Shown one piece after another: positions 49,601-62,400 of a stretch of 64,000 nucleotides of DNA. Every line of letters starts with the position of its first letter. Positions within the stretch are counted from its first letter, which is position 1. The notes below the pieces were generated by a model, which did no database searches, had not been told where the DNA came from, and was given only the letters and a program-made list of their open reading frames with translations. The stretch comes from Psammoneis japonica (taxonomy: Eukaryota), in the NCBI GenBank assembly GCA_008632985.1, contig QPGO01000006.1, forward strand, positions 372,001-436,000. Direction: 5' to 3'. A program made the position numbers and the translations under genes.

Positions 49601-52327
49601 GCAAGGTTCACCTTCAACAGTTGTGAGCATTGGAGCATCCTGATCATCCGTGGAAACTTCGGGACCGCCTTCATCTTGTTCAGCAAGGAAGGCGTCACAC
49701 AGGGCGATCCACTTGGCATGGCAGCATGCGGACTGGGCCTTCTTCCACTGGTCCGTGAAATGAATGAGCATTTCAAAGACGCACTCACGCCATGGCACGC
49801 CGACGACTCCGCAGCAGCAGGAAATTTCGCGACACTGTGAGAATTCTTCCTCAGTCTCCGAGCCAAAGGCCCCAAACATGGCCACTGCCCTGCCGACAAC
49901 TCCAAGAACATCCCAGCAGTCCCAGAACGCAACCTGGAAAATGCCAGAACACACTTTGGAGATCCAGGCTTTACCATCAAGTCTGGCAGCCGTCACCTCG
50001 GAGGCTTCATCGGAGAGTCCGACGCGCGTGACCAATGGCCAGTGGAAAAAGCCGAGTCATGGACCTCGGTCGTCCAGGGACTCGCCAAAATCGTGATTCA
50101 TCACCCTCAGACCACCTGCGCTGGTCTGCAGAAGTCCCTGCAACACCAGTGGCAATGCGTCCAACGTGCAGTTAAGGACTGCGGCGAATGTTTGCCGACG
50201 TAGAATGCGCAACACAGCACAATTTCCTGCGGCTTTGACAGGTGAGACCCCAACAGATGATGACCCGAGACCAGCCCCATCTGCCCTCCCAATCAAATTT
50301 TCGGGACTGTCCATCCCTTGTCCAACTGAGTCCGCAGCTCATGACTGCAAAGTGAGCACTCTCACGTGTTCCCACGTGATCAACTCACTCTGCGGCCGCT
50401 CCCAGTTCTCATCCGCAGTCCACAAGGACACCATGCGCGAAGTGAAACAAGAAGCAGCCGATCGAAAGGTCACAGCACACGGGGAGACCCTCAAAACGAT
50501 CCTCAGGACCCTGCCCGACCTCCAGGCCAGAGCTGTCAAACGCAGCACCAAGACAGGCATGTGGCTCTCAGCACACCCTTTGACACTGAATGGTGTGGAA
50601 CTCTCATGCCAAGAGTTCCGTGACGCGCTTTTCCTGTGGCATGGCAGCACTCCACCGGACCTCCCGGAGCACTGCGATGGATGTGGATGCAAATTCACAA
50701 TGAACCACGCCCTTCAGTGCAAGAAGGGCGGCCCAGTCATCTCACGACACGATGAAGTCCGTGACAACCTGGGCGACCCAATGGGCAAGGCTTACAAACC
50801 TTTCTGTGTACGCAACGAACCTCTAATCAACCCTGCTGGTCGCAGCGCAGGAAGCTCTCAAGCACCCCCACTGGCTCCCCAGGAAACACCAACTCCAACA
50901 AGTCCAAGGATGGCGATCGCGGTGACCTTCTCGGCATGCGATTCTGGGATGGAAGGACAGACATGGTCACGGACATTCGCATTCCTGACACGGATGCGAA
51001 GTCACACCCATCCAAAACACCAGAGGATGTCCCAGCAATGCACGAACGGGAGAAAAAGCGCAAGCACCTCAAGCCCTGTCTTGAGCAACGCCATCATTTC
51101 ACACCCTTCGCAGTGTCATGCGACGGACTCTTTGGCAAAGAAGCCAAGGCAATGCTCCGCAAGACAGCCTCAAGACCATCAGACAAATGGCAAAAGCCAT
51201 GCTCTGAAGCATGTGGCTGCGTCAATGCGAGAATGAGCATTGCCACAGTCCGGGCGACTCACCGTTGCCTCCGGGGATCCCGCATTCCTGCCTCTCACAT
51301 CAGCTCCAGACGATCCCAGTGGGAAGACAGTGCTGGTCTGTCCCTGTGCAGACACCAAATGACCCCGCCCAACCGACTCGCACCCTTCCAGACAACATGC
51401 CAACCGACCATCCACCCACAACATCGACATCATGCCTGGAAGTTGACAAAAACCCACCACCACCCCGAAAACGGCGCCACAACTGTTTCAAATTTCGCGC
51501 GCACAGCCTGCAATCTTGCGCGCGACAACTGCCCCTTATTCGCATGACTGCATTAACTGTGTGACACCCATTTTTCTTCTTTGAAAGAGCAACTCAGACA
51601 GAACAATGATGCTCGCCGGTTGGTTTCTCAAAGACACCAGGAAACCAAAAAACAAACTCGTGAAAACACAACAAGCAGCTGCTGTTGCTAACAAAGTCCA
51701 AGAAAGGCTTTGCCGACTCCCTGCCTGCTTCATCGTCTTGATCTCCAAACTCTCCATGCTTCCCAGACAGTTTCCAGTTCTTGAGTGCACACTCATGTTC
51801 CTTCACACACGACTTTAAAATGTCCTCTGACTTTTTTCCACACAATGTCACTTGAAAACTCACTGTTCTAGGGTCCGAGCCTCTGAAAGCTCGAATGGGG
51901 TGCGACGACCTTGGTGACAACAGTGGCGCCATCGACACCAGACACCACTCGTGTCGCTTGTGCCGGCAACAGGCGCTTTTCGAGAAGACGTCAGACCGAT
52001 GGCACCGCTGTCTTCATCACCAGACGAAGCAAGCAGCTCTTCCGTACTGAGAGTGGGCGTTGTCTTGCCGCTGGAAGGGGCGGGAGTGGGTGTTCATAGA
52101 GCGCCGCTCATGGTTGCTTGTGTGTTTTTTGATGTGAGAAACGGTTGGAGGGAGTCGCTGTCAAAGTGCCACCAAAGCACGTAGGATTGTACGTGTTGTG
52201 GCACTCATCACTTGCCGGGCGCCCTGCGAACAAGAGAAGTGCCCAGCAGGGCGCGGTTTTCCGGGTGCCTTCCGCCCGGCAGGGCGCTTTTTGCCCGCGG
52301 GCGCAAATGCTTCGTTATCCCGGGCCC
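46605..52327. mobile_element. Internally deleted PIF/Harbinger-like DNA transposon hosting a LINE
   Basis: Imperfect GC-rich inverted ends (ccgggacaac..aaagcgccctgc vs gcagggcgcttt..gttatcccgggccc) with TGA on both flanks. Plus-strand remnant EFENRHHMEEETFYILVD and a convergent second ORF split by the LINE. Exact ends are uncertain. Confidence 0.5.
47770..51545 (+). mobile_element. Non-LTR retrotransposon, CRE-like clade (RT + CCHC finger + restriction-like endonuclease), inactivated
   Basis: RLVALDK.PGARPVG.GE, DQLCAGLEAGIEGAVH, VDASNGFN, GVTQGDPL, WHADD, HLGGFIG; CDGCG..HALQCKKGG..RHDEVRD; RGDLL..DIRI.D..EREKKRKH..FTPF. Frameshifts and stops are present. Confidence 0.9.
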
Positions 52328-52439
52328 TGAGCCTACCGCGGTACCGGTATGCCGCAACAACCGCCATGTTTTCATTTTTCCCCTTTATAATATCATCACT
52401 TGTCATGGGCATGTTCGACATCGGCGCATCCGCGATAGA

Positions 52440-53476
52440 ATGGCAGAATCATCTCATGATCAGGAATGCGTCAGAGGATGTGTAATTGTTGTATCAAAGT
52501 GTCCTATTCCAGGCAAAAGCAAAACTCGTCTCGTTCCAGCGCTGGGGGCGGAAGGATCTGCTTCCGTTGCCAAGGCCATGCTTACCGACGTGCTTGTAAC
52601 CCTTTCCGACTGTGTGAGTATAAAAACTGTCTGGGGAATGGTATTTTCATAGCTTATTTACATACCTTACCTGTATGTGTTTGCTTCTTTCTTCTGTGTT
52701 TTAACATAGTCTCTGCTTGACGAGGTTTCCAAAGTTCTCTTGTATGCTCCTGGTGATCGCGACGGGCTTGAACACATGAGAGAAATACTTGCTTCGCTGC
52801 AACTCCATGAATATTCTCCAGACACACCGCATGGCTGGATGCTACTTCCATTGATTTCTCCTGATTTAAAGGCATCCGACTTGGGTGCCATGCTAGCGGA
52901 TGCGTTGCAACGAACACGAGAAGCGACAAGTAGTACTACCGATGGAGGCGTTGTCTTTTTGGGAATGGATGCTCCAGAACTTCCCTTGGACGAAATTGTT
53001 TGTAGCTTGCAACTGGCAGCAAAGTCGAAACAGAATGCCTTCATGTGTCCTGCCGATGATGGTGGGTATGGCATGCTTTGTGTTCCGCCCCAAGCACCTT
53101 CGTCTATTTTTGAACATGTACAGTGGTCGTGTCCCCTGACGGCAATGTCACAAATAAAGGCCTTGACGGATCATGGTATCAATGTAACAATGGGTCGAAT
53201 ATGCATGATATTGATGAACACTCGGATCTCTTAAAGTTGGCGAAGCGATTATGTCGACTCTACAACAACAAAGACAACGAGCGGGTAGTCGACGACGACG
53301 ACGTACGATTGCATGCACTCACGAGAAGCAGCATATTGGCGACAGATATTGTGGTAGAGCCATCTCAATGTAGCAATACCTGGAAAATGCTACAGGAGTT
53401 GAAGATTGTAAAGGAAAATGGATCGACTGATTCAAAGACGAAGCGATTCGTTCTTGTCAATGATAATTCAGAGTAA
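52440..53476 (+). CDS. DUF2064/TIGR04282-like (CofC-related) GT-A fold transferase
   Basis: KCPIPGKSKTRL, DLGAML, VVFLGMDAPEL, PADDGGYG, IFEHVQWS, DIDEHSDL. 96-nt intron 52614-52709 and a 1-nt indel at ~53200. Confidence 0.8.
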
Positions 53477-53869
53477 CACGCAACAAACAAGTCGTTCACG
53501 TAGTGTGCCCGATAGAACTAGCGACGTGTCAATCACCCATCTGCTTTTCAACTCTCTATTGTTAGACCAACAGTTACAACCTTGAGATTTGCTCTCGATA
53601 GACTATGCCCCATGAGATCCCCGTCTCGGCTGTCATGACTGACTCATATGCGTCTCACGTTCAAGTTATCCCCGTCCATGGCAGTCTATGCATACGAACT
53701 TGGATCGTGTTCCTCATCAAAAAAATTCGTTCAACAATAAAACCATCCTACATGTGTAGTGCTCATCCGGTTACAGCAAATGGTAAAAACTGAAACTTCT
53801 AGCTAAATGATTTCTTTTCCTATTTGAGTTTCCCGATTGCGACGTACTTTCTGCTAAACTACTACTACT

Positions 53870-55076
53870 CTACACGATTTCTGCCTTTATGATTCGGCTC
53901 ATGGGTTCCGCAGACCAACCATTGGTTTTGATGCGTCCCTTGAAACTGTGCATCTGATTCACAACATTCATACCCTCTACAACTTTTGCAAAGCATGGTT
54001 CCGCATCGCCGGGGAGTGCGTGGTGTTTTTGACCACCCGGACCATGCGATAGAACATTGTCTTGCAAATTAATGAAAAAGGACGGTCCGAGTTGATTAAA
54101 GCTAACGGTACCGACCGTATGCGGAAAGGCTTCGGAATACTCTGGGAAGCTAAGCTTGTCAACTCCTGCCTTTTCAAAGTAGTTCATGCGAGAATCGCCG
54201 CTGAAAGGAGAGAGAGGAGATGCCACAAGCACATGTTCCACCTTGTCGTGACCGTGCCAAAACAGACAACTGTTCCATAGTCCTTTCGATACCGTGTCTA
54301 AAAACATTTGTATGGCATGGGGCATTTCATCTAATGGTGCCATTTCTAATTCAAATGTTCGTATCGACGCCTTGTCGCCAATTTGTACGGAAATCTTTAC
54401 TCTGTGGGGACCCGCACCGTACCTAAGAAAAGAGACGCAGGCAGGTGTTATCTACTAGGGCAAAATCAAGTCATGGTACTGTGGACATTGCATCTGCCGC
54501 TACTTACTTTTCAAGCACAGCTCTCTTACTCTCTTCCTGAACATGTTTTTTGAGTTTCTCTGCTTTCTCTTCCAGCACTTGATGCCTCTCTTCAAGCCAC
54601 TCCACCAAGGCGTCGTGCTGCGCAATTCCCTTTCGTTTCTCACGTCGTTTCTCGGATTTCGACATGGAATTGTCTTCCATTTCATTCATAATTTTGACTT
54701 CATGCTTGAGAACTTGATTGGTGTGTTTCTCTTCGTTGACTTGTGTTTGCACGACACGACGAGCCTCTTCTGCGTCATTTAACGTTTCGAGCACTGATTC
54801 CCGTTCCATTTGCTTGACGCTGTACGCGTACTGCACTTGTTCAAGAGCCGATTTGGACTTGAGAATAGAATAGATTGCTGTTATCCAACAAACAACAATT
54901 GCCAATAATACGATTTTCACAGCTCTGCCTGAAATCAATCCAGATGGCGAGTTGAAGAATCGCGCCGAAATGTTGGAAACCGGTGAAATTGCTTTTCCGG
55001 GAGCGACAGACAAGGACGAGGACTCATCATTTCTCGTCACGATTGGCGTAGCTCGGTGTCGTCTGACTAGCACCAT
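53870..55076 (-). CDS. Type II membrane coiled-coil protein with a C-terminal cyclophilin-like domain
   Basis: TM, coiled coil, intron ~54424-54507, then YGAGPHRV..LEMAPLDEMPHAI..FPEYSEAFPH..GPSFFINLQDN..HGPGGQ..PCFAKVVEG. Confidence 0.8.
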
Positions 55077-55438
55077 TTTTGGCGGATTTTGGTGGTATGG
55101 GTGGTGGTGGGTTGGGCTCCTCCTCTTCCTGTTGATCGTGTCAACCCTCTGCTTCCAGCAAAATGTGAGAGAATTGGCGACCATCGCCCATCGCAAGCAA
55201 CGACAAATTAATACTATTCATATATTTAAAACTTGATATTTTTATTCAAACATCCATCATTAGATGAGATTTACCTCGATCAAAATGTCCCAATCGCGTG
55301 CTCGCTACTGTGAATCTATAGTAAATCGACAACGTTCTACAATAACGTCTACAGAAACTAATGACTAAGTAGTTGTAAGTGACACAAGTCGGACATTTGG
55401 AAAATCGAAAAAGATTTCAGATCCATCGCAAAATCACC

Positions 55439-56368
55439 ATGAAGCCGCAGCCCCTCCAGATGTGGCTTGCTGTTGTGTGTATTGGTCCAGATGGTAATAG
55501 TATCTTCAATGTCACTCTTAAAAACAAGCGAGTCTTTGTCACGGGATCTTCGGGTGGTATTGGTGCTGCAATTGCCAAGAAGTTTGCATCCGAAGGAGCT
55601 GACGTTTTGCTACACTACCACACTCGTCGAGAAGGAGCCATTTCGATCGCGAAAAGCATAAATGACGACTCTGGAGGAACGTGTTTAGGAATGCTTCAAT
55701 GTGATTTTCGTAATTCAGAAGCTATAAAAAATATCTTTCCTGTTGTGGATGAGATTTGGAAAGACGGATTTGACATTTTGATAAACAACGCAGGAATTGT
55801 TACCAAGCTCGCTTTGCACGATGACGATGACGACCTCTCCAGCTGGCATGAAACCATGGCTGTAAATTTGCATGCACCGTTACAGATAAGTTTGTTGGCA
55901 CGGTCTCGATTAAAGGATAGACAAGGTGTCATTGTTAATGTCAGCTCCATCCACGGACAACGCAACGTTGAGTGGATGACAGCTTATGCCACGAGTAAGG
56001 CTGCGTTGGATAGTTTGACTCGCGGCTTGGCTCTCGAATTTGCGACAGATAAGATTCGTGTCAATGCCATTGCGCCTGGTGTTGTGCCGGTCGAAAGAAC
56101 ACAAGCAGCCTTTGACAATCCCGACACCGTCAACATGTGGCTCCCACATTTGCCGCTCGATCGACTCGGGTCCGTGGAAGATGTAGCCGAGGCAACCTTG
56201 TCGCTTTGTACAAATACATGGATGACGGGGAGCATCTTGACTCTAGATGGCGGAATGATGGCTCGTAGCAACATGCCGATACGTCCAAGACCGACGCCAT
56301 CACAAGACGCAGGAGAAGACGTGTTGGGATCCGATATTGTGTTTGAGCGATTCCCTCCCTCAGATTAA
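55439..56368 (+). CDS. Classical short-chain dehydrogenase/reductase
   Basis: TGSSGGIG, NNAG, YATSK and RVNAIAPG. Confidence 0.92.
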   Translation: MKPQPLQMWLAVVCIGPDGNSIFNVTLKNKRVFVTGSSGGIGAAIAKKFASEGADVLLHYHTRREGAISIAKSINDDSGGTCLGMLQCDFRNSEAIKNIFPVVDEIWKDGFDILINNAGIVTKLALHDDDDDLSSWHETMAVNLHAPLQISLLARSRLKDRQGVIVNVSSIHGQRNVEWMTAYATSKAALDSLTRGLALEFATDKIRVNAIAPGVVPVERTQAAFDNPDTVNMWLPHLPLDRLGSVEDVAEATLSLCTNTWMTGSILTLDGGMMARSNMPIRPRPTPSQDAGEDVLGSDIVFERFPPSD

Positions 56369-56487
56369 AACTAACAGACGATAGTATTGAATGTATATGG
56401 CTAGATTATGAATTGATATGTAAGAATATTGCTTTTGCGAATATTTCTAAGGTGCTTGTTGTTGCTTCGAGGGCCTGCCTTGAAGCA

Positions 56488-59400
56488 CTACTCTTCGAAA
56501 TGAAGCACTGTAATTTTTCGTTCCATGTTGCTCTTGGCCGCCATCATTTTCATTACTTGCTCTGCTGTGCAACTTCGAGTGTCGACATTGTCGACCGCAA
56601 TAATGAGGTCGCCCTTGTACACGTGCCCTTGCAAGACAGAGCCCGGCTTGACAGTGTGCACGGCAGGACCGTCCTTGGTGGAATGAATAATGATTTGTAG
56701 CTTTCCTGGCGGAGCAAAGCAATCCCGACAAACAATGCTTTGAGACTTTGTTGACTGTTCAGTCTCGTCATTGGATGAAGGCGAAATGTATGCGTCGTCG
56801 GAATCATACGACAAGGAGTCCGCCGGAGCTTGTGCTAGAACCTGTTCGGGGGTACTTGGAGGAGGAGGTTTCGTTGACAAGGCAATGGACGCAGCCGAAG
56901 GGACCGCGGAAGATTCAGAAGATGCTCCTGGCACTTCCCAGGCCGTAGGAGAGGCCGAGGGTACACTCGATGATGCAGGAGATGACTCAGGTGCAACCAA
57001 CGGGCGGCTACCAGATATCTTTTGCTCGAGCCACACCAAGTCGTCAATGAGTTTTGGGCTGGGAGGAGGCGCTCCTGCAATGCCAGTGTCCTTTGATACA
57101 AAGCTGTCTTCAACAGAAGATTGATTAGTTCTTGGAGAAGCACCGGCTCGTGGAGACGCACCGAATCCAGGAAAGACACCAGTTTGTGGAGACTTGGGTT
57201 GCTTCTCCTTTCTGGAAAAGAAGAATCTCCTTTTCCTTGGCTTGGGCGGGCTAGGCTCTTTTTCAGATATGGACGAATCACTCATCTGATCAGAAGACCG
57301 GTTCGACCAGTCAAGAGGGTGCATAGCGTTAGTTTGGTAAAAAGTGGATCCGTCTGCTGACAATCGCAGTCGATGCTGCCGGCCTGCAGCTGCATTTTCT
57401 GCTTCGGTCTGTGGTGGGACGGCTCCGTCCACCTCATATGGATTCTGGTACAGAGGCGATTCAATTCCTGTTGAACCTCCTCTACTTGAAGCCTTTTGTT
57501 GGTTGATACTCTGTCTAACACTGGCGTCTGATTCATCCTTTTCGGATCTGGCTTTGGATGATGTGACTGTACCGGTTGCAGCCGCTGCTGCTATTCCTAC
57601 TGCAGTTTCCGTTGCCATTGTATCACGGCGATTTTCTACACTCTCAAGAGCCATAGTGGATGAAGAAGCGTTGGGTGCGTCGCTATTCATGCACGGAAGA
57701 CATGCATTGTTGTCGGGATTTTTGCTTTCAACAACAGACGTCGTTGACGGAGTCTCGGTGCTTCGATAAGTTTTGCTATCGTTGGCTGCTGCTTCCGCCA
57801 CAAACATATCAATTCGTTTGTGGTCGTCACTATCAGAAGCCATGGTGGATGATGCATTGGCAGCAGGGCTATTCAAGCATGGAAGACACGTATTGCTGCT
57901 TTCAACAGCAGATGTACTTGATGGAGTCTCCGTGCTTCCGCCATTTCCGTTATCGTTTGCTGCTTTTTCTGGGGAGCCCTTATCTTTCCCAGCGGCAACT
58001 ATTGCTGCAACACCCACAGTTCCTGCAGCGCCAGCGGCAATCAGACCAGCACTGGCAGCTCCGATACCAGCAGAGCTATCGCTCTTGCCATTCACAACCT
58101 GCTCGCTTCCAACTCCTACTGGATGCTCGGAGGTAAGAAGAGAAGACTGTTCGGGAAATTCGACTGTGTCAGTATCGTCGTCGTCTTCGGAGAAGGCAAA
58201 TAGAGAACCACCAACATTTCTCAGACTACTTCTGCTCGTCTTAGAGGGTCCTGTATTCTGCATTCTCTTCGTGATAGCACTGGAGAATGAAGGTTTTGTT
58301 CCAGCCATGCCATAGCTGTCGGGAGTACCGGGATAGCTCATCGGTGATGCAGTAAATACCGAACTGACCCTTCCCGAAGAAGGCCGCTCTCTATTGATTG
58401 GCCTGCCAATGAATCTTCAAGCATGTCTCCATTTTCTGCTTCAAGATCCATATAATTGAGATCTTTGCTCTCGGTAGCAGCTATCACCTCTCGCTCTCTG
58501 TTTCGTCGCTGAATCATAAACAATCCAACAACCGCAAAGAGTGTTGTTGCACCAATCAGAACCGTACTGACAAGAACTGTGTTCTTAGCCGTAGAACGGT
58601 TGTTGCTATTTGTATTCTCTGCTTCTGCACCAGAGGGGGTGCCGATGGCTCCACCGGGATTATCTCCAATGTAGGCGCCTGTGTACCTGTTGGCGAAATC
58701 GTCCCATCATTTTCTGGACTCGTTGGGGTTGTCGGCGAGTCACGTACTGATGTAGGTGCAGATGTACTTGGGCTTCCACCTGCATTATTTACGGTTGGTG
58801 AAGTTGTGACATCACCGCCACCGGGTAATAGCGTCGGTGTCGTTGGACTGTTGCCGTCTGGTGTTATCGTTGGAGACGAGACCGAACTGTTTACTGTCGT
58901 TGGTACCAATGTGCCGGGGCTTCCTTCTCCATTTTCAGTTGGTGAAGCTGTGATATCCCCACCACCGGGTGACAGCGTTGGGCTTGGGCTTCCTTCAACA
59001 TCATTTGCACTTGTTGTTGGAAAGCTTGTCTGTCCTACCGCCGTCGGAGAGTTCGTGCTCCCGTCTGCGGGTGCTGGTGTTGGAGACGTTGTGGGAGAAG
59101 CAGGTAAGCCATTGGAGAACGTTGGAGCTGATGTGCTGGGGCTAATGCCGTCATTCCCTGTGGGGGAAGTGGTGGTTCCTCCGCCATCTAGTGCTGGCGT
59201 AGGAGCAGTCGAGTCGTCACCACCAGTGATGGAGTGGGAGCAGTTGGACCGTCACTATTGGCTGTTGGTGAGCTTGTATTGCCGCCACCGGGAACTGATG
59301 TAGAAGAGGTCGGTGAGCCATCCGAAAGAGTCGGGGCTGATGTACCATCAGTGCTTGTCGGTGAAACTGTACTGTCTCCTCCATTGGGCGATAGCGAGGG

Positions 59401-62400
59401 AGCAGTGGGACCGTCACTATCAACAGCTGTTGGTGAGCTTGTATCGCCGCCTACGGGAGCTAGTGTAGGAAAAGTTGGTGTGCCGTCAGCTCTTGTAGGT
59501 GAAGCTGTACTGTCCCCTCCATTGGGCGTGAGCGAAGGGGCAGCAACTGTTGGAGAGATTGTATCACCTCCATCGGGAAAAGTTGTAGGAGAAGTTGGTG
59601 CCGACGTGTTCCCTCCAGTATCCGGAGCTGAGGTAGGGGCAGTCGGACCTCCGCCAGTGATTGTTGGTGAGCTAGTATCTCCGCCACCGGGACTCTGTGT
59701 AGGAGAAGTTGGTAAGCCATTTACCAATGATGGGGCTGATGTGCTCGGGCTATTGCCGTCAGTTCTTGTAGGGGAAAGCGTGGTTCCTCCACTATCTGGC
59801 GATGGCGTGGGAGCACTTGGACCGTCACCGTCAGCAGCTGTTGGTGAGCTTGTATCACCGCCTATGGGAGCTTGTGTAGGAGAAGTTGGTGTGCCGTCAG
59901 CTCTTGTAGGCGAAGCTGTGCTGTCCCCTCCATTGGGCGTTAGCGAAGGGGCAGCAACTGTTGGAGAGATTGTATCACCACCACCGGGAAAAAGTGTAGG
60001 AGAAGTTGGTGCCGACGTGATCCCTCCAGCATCCGGAGCTGGGGTAGGAGCAGTCGGACCTCCGCCAGTGATTGTTGGTGAGCTAGTATCTCCGCCACCG
60101 GGACTCTGTGTGGGAGAAGTTGGTAAGCCATTTACCAATGATGGGGCTGATGTGCTCGGGCTATTGCCATCAGTTCTTGTAGGGGAAAGCGTGGTTCCTC
60201 CACTATCTGGCGATGGCGTGGGAGCACTTGGACCGTCACCATCAGCAGCTGTTGGTAAGCTTGTATCGCCGCCTACGGGAGCTTGTGTAGGAAAAGTTGG
60301 TGTGCCGTCAGCTCTTGTAGGTGAAGCTGTACTGTCCCCTCCATTGGGCGTTAGCGAAGGGGCAGCAACTGTTGGAGAGATTGTATCACCTCCATTGGGA
60401 AAAGGTGTAGGAGAAGTTGGTGCCGACGTGATCCCTCCAGCATCCGGAGCTGGGGTAGGAGCAGTCGGACCTCCGCCAGTGATTGTTGGTGAGCTAGTAT
60501 CTCCGCCACCGGGACTCTGTGTGGGAGAAGTTGGTAAGCCATTTACCAATGATGGGACTGATGTGCTCGGGCTATTGCCATCAGTTCTTGTAGGGGAAAG
60601 CGTGGTTCCTCCATTATCTGGTGATGGCGTGGGAGTAGTTGGACCGTCACCATCAGCAGCTGTTGGTGAGCTTGTATTTCCACCACTGGGAGCTAGTGTA
60701 GGAGATGATGGTGAGTCATCTACAAAAGTCGGGGGTGATGTGATCGGTCCATTTCCTTCAGTTGTTGTCGGTGAAATTGTGCTTCCTCCATTATCCGGTG
60801 TTAGCGTGGGAGCAGTTGTGCCGTCGCCAACTGCAGTCGTTGGTGAAGTTGTATCACCACCACTGGGACCTTGTGTGGGGAAAGTTGGTTGGCCATCAGT
60901 TATTGTAGGTGAACCTGTTTTGTCTTCTCCATCGGGCGCTAGTGAAGGGGCAGTCGTGCCGTCGCCACCAGCTGCTGTTGGCGAGCTTGTATCGCCGACA
61001 CCGGGAACCAATGTAGGAGAGGTTGGTGGACCGTCCGTAAGAGTCGGGGCTGATGTACCATCAGTGTTTGTCGGTGAAATTGTACTGTCTCCACCATCCG
61101 GTATTAGTGTGGGAGCAGTTGGTGCGTCACTATCAGCGGCTGTTGGAGAGCTGGTATCTCCATTATTGGGACTTGGTGTTGGATTAGTCGTACTTCGTCA
61201 CCTTGCGAAAGGGTGGGGGGCGACGATGGGCTATCTAGGGCTGTTGGGACTGACGTGGCTGGGATACCACTGTTACTTGATGGTAAACTTGTTGCGTCTC
61301 CATCGCCCGGTGATGGTGCTACATCGGTCGTAGGTGAACTCGTGCTTGCTGGAAATCCAGGCGTCAGTGACGGAGAAGTAGGCGATCCATCAACTGTCGT
61401 GGGTACCAGAGTGCTGGGAGATCCTCCTTCGTTCGTTGTTGGCATTCCGGTGCTTCCATGGTGAGGACTTTGTGTAGGAATATCAACCACTGTCGGAGAC
61501 GTGGTCGAGCCACCAAATGTTGTTGGTGTCAAAGTACTAGGACTTCCGCCTTCGGTGGTTGTTGGTGAACTTGTGTCATCTCCATCACCAGGGCTAGAGG
61601 TGGGAGCATTGGAGCTACCGCCTTCGGTGGTTGTTGGTGAACTTGTGCCATTTCCATAACCCGGACTAGAGGTGGGAGCACTGGGGCTATTACCACCTGT
61701 AGCGGTCGGTAAACTTGTGCTTCCGTCACCGGGGTTGGTGTTGGTTCAACTGAATTGCCACCTCCCGTTATCGTCGTCGGAGAACCGGTACTTCTATCAC
61801 CCGGAGATGGTGTCTGACCTGTAGGGTTACCGCCTCCTGGTGCTATTGTCGGAGACGAGGGTGTGCTGTCAACTGTGGTCGGTGCCGATGTATTCGGTTT
61901 TCCTCCTTCATTCATGGTTGGTGAACCTGTGCCGTCGCCATCGGGAGAGAAAGTTGAAGGAGTTATGGTAGGGGAAGTTGTGGCATCACCGCCACCGGGG
62001 TATTGCGTCGGTGTCGATGGAATATTACTTCCTGTTGTCGTTGTTGGAGAGCTCGTACTTCCATCTCCGGGCGATGGTGTCAAATTTGTAGGGCTACCTC
62101 CTCCTGGTGTCGTTGTCGGGGATGTGGGTGTGCCGTCTACTGTGGTTGGCGCCGATGTACTCGGGCTTCCTCCTTCATGCATAGTTGGTGAACCTGTCCC
62201 GTCACCACCGGGAGAAAAAGTTGAAAGAGTTACAGTAGGGGAAGTTGTGGCATCACCGTCACCAGGTGATAAGGTCGGTGTCGATGGAATACTACTTCCT
62301 GTTGTCGTTGTTGGAGAGCTCGTACTTCCATCTCCGGGCGATGGTGTCTGAACTTTGGGGCTATCTCCTCCTGGTGTCATTGTCGGGATGTGGGTGTGCC

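Noticed and set aside
48021..51547. Alternative genetic code or Tyr codon reassignment
   Set aside because: Neighbouring host genes use TAT/TAC normally, and TA loss affects all codon positions and non-coding DNA.
52440..53476. Link between the TIGR04282-like transferase and the radical SAM fusion as an arsenosugar pathway
   Set aside because: The genes are ~40 kb apart, and I see no ArsS- or ArsM-specific features in the fusion.
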